In this document: piece by piece, positions 48,701 to 57,700 of the stretch
Layout: the number at the start of each line of letters is the position of its first letter
How positions within the stretch are numbered: position 1 is the stretch's first letter
Assembly (NCBI RefSeq): GCF_018350175.1
Contig: NC_058368.1
Location: 87,918,001-87,978,000 of the forward strand
DNA: 60,000 bases
DNA from: Felis catus
Lineage: Eukaryota
Direction of reading: 5' to 3'
Notes under the pieces: model-generated
The model's input: the letters and a program-made list of their open reading frames with translations, nothing else
The model's database searches: none
What the model was told of the DNA's origin: nothing
Position numbers and translations under genes: made by a program

Positions 48701-51700
48701 TCAGGCTTTACATTGATCTAACATTCAACCAAATTTGCAATCCTGGACAATGACTTCCATCACCGTGTGGTACTCTCTTGCTATATTGTTGAATTAATTT
48801 TGCTAATATTTCATTTATGATTTTGGTTTTTGATATCCCCAATAGGTTGGTCTGTAATTTAATTCTTCCTACTTTTCTTGTAAGATTTTGGTACCACTGT
48901 TACATTTGCTATTGTGAGAAGTAAGGGAGATGATTCGTTTTCATCATGATGATTCAAATAAAAGCTGTGCTGTCCATTTGACATTAGGTTTACAATCTAG
49001 AGAAAATATGTTCGACCCCCTCCCAACAATGGAGTCCCAAACTTTACTTCCTGGTTCTTCTTCCTGTCTCTGTTTCAGGGACTTATTTTCATGGGATTTG
49101 CAAAGAGCTTGCACCAAAGAACAAAGAGAGAAGGTGAACAAATGTGAGAGGTCCCAGGATTCACATCAACCTGCAGGGTCCAAGTCCTCCTGTGGGTGAG
49201 GACTTAACTGGCTCACCCCAGTTAGGGCGGCCTTTCCATGGGAGGGCTCCTGGCCTCTGTGGTATCTGTGGAGCTGAAGACTTTTTATCTTTGGAGAAAG
49301 AAGTGATGCTGGGGAAAGGGTAAAAGACAGCACCGCGGTGACCCATAACTCTGTGCATGTGATGAGGGAGCATAAAGCAGGCTAACGGCAAAGTATAAGC
49401 TAGCACCCACCCACCCCCAGGTGGAATGTGTGATATTGCTCGGACACTCTTGGCTGCCCAAGAACAAAGGAAAGGGGTTTAAGTGCTGGCCCCCATGATG
49501 TGGGGAAACTACAGCAAATGAAAAATGAAATTCCCTTCCTGCCTACAGCCCGTTGACAAGTCCTTGACACAGGCAAAGTGACCTTCCTCTAGGAGCTCAG
49601 CTGCCTCAATGATGACACTTTGTTGGGAGCAAAAGAGAATCTTGGCTGAACATTATCCCCAACCTCAAGGATCCTGTAAGTCTATTTCCTTTATCTCAAA
49701 TGCCCCAAGATACATGCTGGCAATCATGCTCCAAGCTTATGGCCCCCAATGTACATCTGAAGGGTCTCATGCTGAGGTTTTACTAAATGGTAATAAATGG
49801 CATTTTCCTAACAACAGCTAGCCTTTCAAGGTCCTGGAAACCTTGCCTCCAAAATTCCTTAGAGACTTACTCTATCCCTGACCCCTTCCCAGCCTGAGGG
49901 TATAGAATGAGTTACCCCGTCATGACCCCGGTGCAGTTCTTCCTGCCCGTGGGTCCTGTCCCCGTACTTTAATAAAATCAACTTTTTGCACCAAAGATGT
50001 ATTCAAGAATTCTTTCTTGGTCTTCAGCTCCAGACCCCATGAACCCTTACCATCATCCCAAAACCTCATCACCCAGACCAAGGTAGGAAAATTTGACTAC
50101 AAGTACTGCCTTGGGACAGGAAATCCTTAGAAGCTGAGTGTGTATGACTGAGACATACCCTAGATATGAAGACAATGCAGAGTCTAGATCTGCAGTCCCA
50201 TTCTCCTATGAGGGAAATGGCTGGAGACAAAGTGGGTTCTGGAGAGTGCAGGAAACCTCCATTAATGGGGGGATCGAGCACCCCAGGGAAGCTCAGGAGC
50301 AGGAACCAGCCTTTTCAAGGATGGGGAACAAAAATTCTAGGCCTAGGGGTAAGGAAAGAGACCCAGAAATAGGTGGGGTCTCTTCAGCTTCCCCCAGATA
50401 GTCCACTGGGGCGAATGTTACAGTACTGGGAGGATGCTCCTTATACAGGGAACAAGGACAAACATAAAATGATCAAATTCTGCTGCTTTGTTTGGACAAG
50501 AGACCCAGTTAAAGGGCCCTCTGTTTTTTGGCCTCAGTTTGTCTCAAAGAAAGACTGGGTCTGCCAGGTTCTAGTCCTTTATGTGAATGACAAAGTTCCA
50601 GTACACTGTAGGTGAAGGAATATGCTCTCTGCTGTCTACCAAGAACTCTTCTATGTTTCCTCTTAACACAAAAAAGGAAAGTACTAGGAATCTCTAAAGG
50701 AGAAGCCTTGGGACGCCCTCTCTTGTACTCCTCCTCCTTATAATCCCCAGGTCAACCCACAGGAGGGGGTAGGAGGGAACAAAACAGAGAATTTGGGTGG
50801 ACAGGAGGAACCTTATGCCTTACTGGTTTGTATACAAACCTCAGGAGGGAACTGAAAAAATGTAAAAAGCACATAGAGAACTTCCTTCTTCCCTCTGGGA
50901 GCTCTTCATTCCCCCAAAAAAAGATTTCCTTAAAACAACTGGGTGAAATAGTTTGCAGGAAGTAGTTTCCTATTCCAATAGAAGGAAAAAAAAAAGTCTC
51001 CAGCCAGTGATCACAGATCTTATCAAGGATAGATTGCTGGAGCCCTAAGTTATTTCCATTAAAGAAGGTCCTTTTAAAAGGGACAAGGAGATATTGGTTT
51101 TGTCAATGCCCACCACCACCAGTACTGAGGTGAGGAATTTCAAGAAGGAAATGAAACCACTGTTGGAAGATCCACTAGGTTTGGTAGATCAGGTTGATTA
51201 GTTTTGCGGACCTAATATTTATTCCTGGGCTAGGCTGATGTCTATCATGAATATCCTATTTACCGGAGAGCAAAGAGGAATAATCAGAAGAGGTGTAATG
51301 TCTGTTTGGTGGAGAGAGCACCCACCTGGCCAGGACTTCAGCCAGCGGAACAGAAGTTTCCTAACCTAGATCCTGGTTGGGACAATGATGATCTTGGGCA
51401 CAGAGTTAGGAGGAAGCAGAAATTAAGAAAACCAATCATCAGAGGGATCAGGGGATCAGCTCTAAGATCTCAGAGTATCATCAAGGAATTGTAAATATAT
51501 ATGTATGTTTTATTTATTTTTGAGAGAAAGAGTGCAAGCTGGGAGGGTCAGAGAGAGAGGGAGACACAGAATCCGAAGCAGGCTCCAGGCTCTGAGCTGT
51601 CAGCACAGAGCCCAATGCAGAGCTCAAACCCAGAAACCATGAGATTGTGACCTGAGCTGAAGTCAGATGCTTAACCAACTGAGCCACCCAGGTGCCCCTT

Positions 51701-54700
51701 AAGGCTTTTGAGATACAGAAAGAGAAAGAGGAAACCCCAACTGCTTGCTTACAGAGGCTTAAGGATCAAATGAGGAAATATTCAGGCCTTTATCCAGAGT
51801 ACCCAGTGGGGCAGGGTCTCCTGAAGGTTAATTTTGTCTCCAGAAGTTGGCCTGATATTGCCAGAAAGTTATAGAAGGTGGATAGAGGAATTGCGCAGGG
51901 AGGCACAAAAGGTATTTGTAAAGAGGGATGAAAAGAAGCAACAACAGAAAGCAAAAATTATGGTGACTACTGTGGAGAAGATGGTTGAAAGGGAAGGAGG
52001 AAATAGAGATCCCCCAGGGGGAAAATGAGGGATCATAGGGAACAAAGTAAAACGAGAGGAATGCGAGAAGGAGAAGAAAGGAAATGTTATAAATGCAGAC
52101 GGCCTGGCCACTTTAAAAGGGAGTGTCCTCTATGGAAGAAGGAAGAGGAACTGACCCCCTTATGGCTCTGGAAGAAGAAGATAAAGGGGGTCAGGGGTTC
52201 CCCCTTGCTAGACTCCAGCAGCAGTCCTTGATACATTCAAAGGTGGGGCCCAAGGGAGAAAATACAATCTTCTTGTTTGACACCGAAGCTGCCCATTCCT
52301 CCCTAATATTTAAGCCACAGGGGACAAAATTCTCACCACAAAAACTTTTGGTTTCAGGAATAAAAGGAGAAAAATTTCAGGTTTGTATATATGAAACCAT
52401 GACTGTAAGAACTGAGACTGAGGAAACAGAGGTGTCTTTCCTGTTCGTTCCTGAAGCAGGAGTCGACCCCCTAGGCAGAGACCTCACTATACAGCTGGGT
52501 TTGGATATAGGGATAGAGAGGAGCCAAATTAAAGTTCTCATAGCTTACCTCATAGAGGAAGAAGAAAGTAAGATACATCCAGAGATATGGGTCAAAGAGA
52601 GAAACAGAGGAGGGCTTCAAATTCTCCCAGTGAAGATTTGCTTAAAACAACCAGGTGAAACAGTGTTCAGGAAGCAGTCTCTTATTCCAATAGAAGGAAC
52701 AAAAAGACTCCAGCCAGTGACCACGGGTCTTATCAAGGATGGGTTGCTAGAACCCTGTATTTACCCATACAATACTCTGGAACTCCCAGTATGAAATCCA
52801 GATGGGTCCTACCAGTTGGTGCAAGACCTGGGAGCAGTAAACCAGATAGTTTGGACCCAACACCCTACAGTCCCTAATCCCTATACCCCCCTCAGTAAAC
52901 TTCCTTATGGGCATAAATGGTTTAGTGTAGTAGATTTGAAGGATGACTTTTGGGCATGTCCACTAGACCCAGAGAGCAGAGATCTCTTTGCCTTTGAATG
53001 GGAGAATCCTGTAAGCAGGAGAAAGCAACAATACCACTGGACAGTATTGCCACAGGGCTTTACTGAGGCCTCCAATTTGTTTAGTCAAATATGGAATCTA
53101 TAATAAAAATGTCCCCCCCCCCGCCAGACACTCAACTCTTTCAATATGTAGATGAATTCCTGATTTCAAGGGAAAGTGAGCCGAAGTTTCCAAGGCCACA
53201 ATAGGTTTGCTTAACTTCCTAGCAGGGTTGTCTGCCTATGAGCTTCTTGATAGGCTACTTTATTTAGGGAGGGCATTGGACTTGGACTTACCCACGCTGG
53301 AAACTAAAGGTCAGTTCCTCAGAGATATGTACTGGCCACATCCTCTGTTCTATCTTCCCTTAGGGTAAAAGGGCTCTCACACAGACCCTGCCACTTCACA
53401 GCCCATCACTTTCAACTGGGGGATCAGGCATTAATCAAATGTTGGAAAGAGGAAAATACTCCAACCTAGCTGGCAAGGCCCCTATGAAGTCCTTGTAACC
53501 ACTGAAACTGTTGTAGTGACTGCTGAAAGGGGATGGACTCATTACACTCAGGTCAAGGGGCCGGTAACGCGGACTCTAGACAGTAAGGTGAAGGGACGAT
53601 GGGAGGTATATAAGACAATCAAGGACCCCTTAAAGTTACCCTTAAGAAAGGAAGTTCCGAGTGTACAATAAAGGTTAGAGTCTGGCCTTGCAACTGGGGA
53701 ATACTATGGCTTGGGTAGGCAACCACCAGAGGATGAGAAAATTCCAAAAAGGAAGTGCCTCAAGCCTATCCCATTAGCTTACTAATTAATGTAACTAGAA
53801 CTGAATCCCCTCAAACTTTGAAATTTGATGCCTGCCTCATCCTATCATGTGGGAATTTAGAAAAACAGAGGTGGCTATCACAGGCAGATAAATATCTTTG
53901 TATTGATACCTTTGATCTTTACAGTCATCTGGACCTCAAACCTTGTTTGGGAGTTGGGACTTGGCATCGTAGACTACTCAGATTCAGGAATGGACGGCCA
54001 AACCCATGGACACTTTAACAGTTAAAATACATCCATCTAAGGGTATCCCACTGAAAAATTGCCAGAACTTAAAGTGAGACCCCATGCTTCTAACCATTAA
54101 CAGCCCCCTCACTGCAGATCAGGACCCAAGGGCAGCACCTGGAACATATGGATTAGGAGTAGATGTTACAAGAATTTAAGAACTTAAGGGACTACTGTCC
54201 CTTAAGTCAGTTGATAACCTCATCTGTAGTATGCCTCAACCAACCACAGATCCAAGGGGGTATTTAATTTCTCCCACTAATGATCCAAAGAAGATAAGCA
54301 AAGTTGAAATCAAAGACCTGACACAAACCCTTAAGATCTAGACTGGATACGGAGATGTTAATGCGTGGGTGTAATGTGTTTACTTCTCTGTGCAGATGTT
54401 TAACAAAAGCAATTGTTATGTTTGTGGTGCAGAAAGGCCACAGGGGCAAATTGTTCCATTTCCCTCTGGATGGGATACAGACCCTGCAGGAATGAGTTGC
54501 ATGATAGCTCTCCATCAGTCACGGATGTTTGGGGAAATGAGACCTGCAAGATCCTGTCATTGCTCTTTCATGCACTACAAATGTCAGACCCAAGGGCCAT
54601 CCCCTCTTCCTTCATAGGGACAAGGAATCACTCCTCCTGTCTCTCAAGAGTAGGGAAACAATTCAACAAACCTGTGGGATATTGGCTGACCCACATGCAC

Positions 54701-57700
54701 ATCCTAAATGCCACTGGTGAACAGAGCCACAACTATTCTAACTTGAACATCCCACGAGCAGATGTTTGGTGATACTTTGGGAAGAGGAGCCTACTTAACC
54801 AGTTTCTGTCCAATTGGAGTGGAACTTGTGCATTAGTCCAAATGGCCATTTCATTCACTTTGGCATTCCATCAAACCGATAAAGACAGTGACATTCACCA
54901 CAGAAACCAGAGGGCTTTACAGTGATATTTTTATTCCAATGTGTACATTGGTGCAATAGGAGTCCTACAGGGGTTTCTCCAATGAACTTAAGGACAGGAA
55001 TCAGATAGCTGCTGGATTTCAGTCCTCACTTTTCTGGTGGTTTACCATTGATAAGAATGTGGACTGGATTAATCACATCTGCTAAAATCAGCAAAGGTCT
55101 ATCAATTTCACTAGGGCTGCACTCCAAGGAGTAGCCAGTAAGTTAGATGCTACCACTCGAATGGCATGGGAAAATAGGATAGCCTTAGACATGATGCTAG
55201 CAGAGAAAGAGGGAGTCTTTCTTTTGTGTTATGTTAGGAGACCAGTGCTGTACCTTTCTCCCCAACATTGCTGCAGACGGCACCATCACCAAAGCTTTGC
55301 AGGAACTACCAACTCTAGCCAATGAACTAGCATAAAACTCAGGGAGTAGTGACTTGTTTAGTGACTGGTTAGAAGTATGCTTTAGTAAATGGAAAGGAAT
55401 GGTTGCTTTGATTCTAAACTCTTTGGACAATGAGTCCAAAGACTCATTGCTATTAATGAACAAATGTTTGTGCTTATGCCCAAAATGACCTATTATTATT
55501 GAAAAATAAACCTTACTATGAGGAGGAGAGCCAACACCTACTAAACATGTTTGAGTAAGATCTCAAAAATGAAGGAAATATAAATGAAAATGGAATCAAC
55601 TTAGAAAAGAAGAGGTGGGATTGTGAGAAGTAAGGGAGATGATTCATTTTTGAATACCAAATAAAAGCCATTGTGTCTAGTTAACAATAGATTTACAACT
55701 TATTGGAAATATGTATGTACCCCCCACACACAGTGGAGTCCCAAACCCTTAGACTCTTCACTTCCTGGCTCTTCTCCTCTCCGTTTGGTAAGCTTTGCAA
55801 TGAACACGTGCCAAAGAACAAAGGGAGGAGGGGCTGAAAGTCTCTGCGTCACCTTAGGGAATGTACAGTTGTTCCAATCAGACTATTTTTTGCCTTCCAT
55901 GGGCACAAGCAATGTCTGGGTAAGACTGTAATCCCTGCAGTGCTCAGCCAATGAGGAAACACAGGAGGGACTTGCGTGCTAGGAGGTAAATTGTCTGCTG
56001 TAACTGCCCTGAGTGTGCCTATCCATCAGACACTGCTCTTGCAAGAACATCGCTCAAAGCCTTGTTTCACTGTGCTCCAAGTCTCTGTGCCCCTCCTTTG
56101 ATTGAGTTGGTGGGCTTATTTCTCACACTACCTAAAATGAGTTATGAAATATATCTTGTTTTTATATTCCCCAGAACAATTATTTCCTCAAGCATAGAAT
56201 AACCATTTTAAAGAATATTGAACATAGTTTACCAGAGAACTACTTGACTTCAAAGATTTTGTATTATTGGTTCTACTTATTTAAAAGTCATAAAACTATT
56301 TGAGATTTCTGTATCTTTTTGTGTCCATTCTCACAATTTACTAGGAATTAGCCAAATTGTCACAACTTTTCAAATTTATTACCATAAAATATTTTTGTCA
56401 TATTGTCTTAAAATAAGATTTCACAGACACCTAAATGGGATTTGGGGTGCCTACCCCCACCCATGGATCATTATATGCTGATAAAATTCTGAACTGTTAT
56501 GTTCTGGCAACTAGGAGTCAGAGTAGGATGGAGCCCACCCCTATTTGGTATCAAGATTCTCTCTTTTTTTAATGTTTATTTATTTTTGAGAGAGAGACAG
56601 AGACAGAGAGAGACAGAGTGTGAACAGGGAGGGGCAGATTGAGAGGGAGACACAGAATCTGGGCCAGCCTCAGGCTCCGAGCTATCAGCGCAGAGCCCGA
56701 CAATGGGCTGGAACTCAGGAACTGCGAGATCATGACCTGAGCCAAAGTTGGACGCTTAACCCACTGAGCCATCCAAGCGCCCCAAGGTTCTCTTAACAAA
56801 GGAAAAAATTTTTGATTTTTTACACTTTATGTACCAGTCCAGTAGATGCAGATACACACAAAACATTAGGAAAATGCTACAAAATAAATGCTGCTTTCCT
56901 GGTCAGGCTGCTACTGTGGGAACACCTCAGTGACAAAGCACACTGAGTGCCAGGAGTTACCTGCTCCTTCCCATTTCTAAGTTTACAAATGCAACCAGAA
57001 GGGTAAATCTGACACTGAGAGTGTATCTCCAACCTGGAGAGAAGGGCAAAGTGAGGTTTGCTTGAAAACAATAATCCTAAATGTCACAGGTGAGTATCTA
57101 AAAATCACCCATTCTTCCTTCCCTTTGCACAGCAGATACTGTCACAAAACATGAACCTACATTTTGTCACACACAGGTAACAGCGAGCTTCTCTATCAGT
57201 GAAAAAGAAGGAAGAGTGTCCCAGACACCTCAAGTGTGATAATCTAAGGTTCACTCTTGATATCTCAATTCCAAGCATGATTGTGTGGCCAGAATCTCCC
57301 CTAATCTAGGCCCAAGTGAATTGAAACACCTCTCACTGACAAAAACTGGTCAGAGCTACTGATGGGTGGCATGGGTAGTTGTCAAAACATATAATGGAGA
57401 AAATGTGCCATATCCAAGGGTGAGAGATATCTGGTTGACCTCGAGCCCAAGCACAAGATGGAACTAGAATCCTAGACACCAAGGAACACCAGAAAGAGCA
57501 GGGCAGGTGCTAGGAATGTGACTGAGCATTGTTGCACCAAATTGCCATTCCAGATTACAGAAACGGCCCCTTTCCTTTCCATGCATACCCTTCCCATGAG
57601 GTCTCCCTTGACCCAAAACTGATGTGAAAAAAAGGAGATGAAAACAGCATATGGACAAATGGTAGACATGAAGAGATTAGGTCTAAAGGAAAAGGACACA

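Larger units (their letters stand above)
48913..56127 (+). mobile_element. Decayed class I (gamma-like, HERV-IP-related) endogenous retrovirus, antisense to OBSCN
   Basis: Both LTRs start TGTGAGAAGTAAGGGAGATGATTC (48913, 55622). The 3' LTR ends TTCTCACA and follows a polypurine tract. gag, pro, pol and env relics are in order. Flanks CTAT/CTAC may be a 4-bp TSD. Confidence 0.9.

Noticed and set aside
53650..55560. Possible domesticated env (syncytin-like) gene
   Set aside because: Multiple stops and frameshifts, including one between the ISD and CX6CC; the longest ORF is only about 120 aa.
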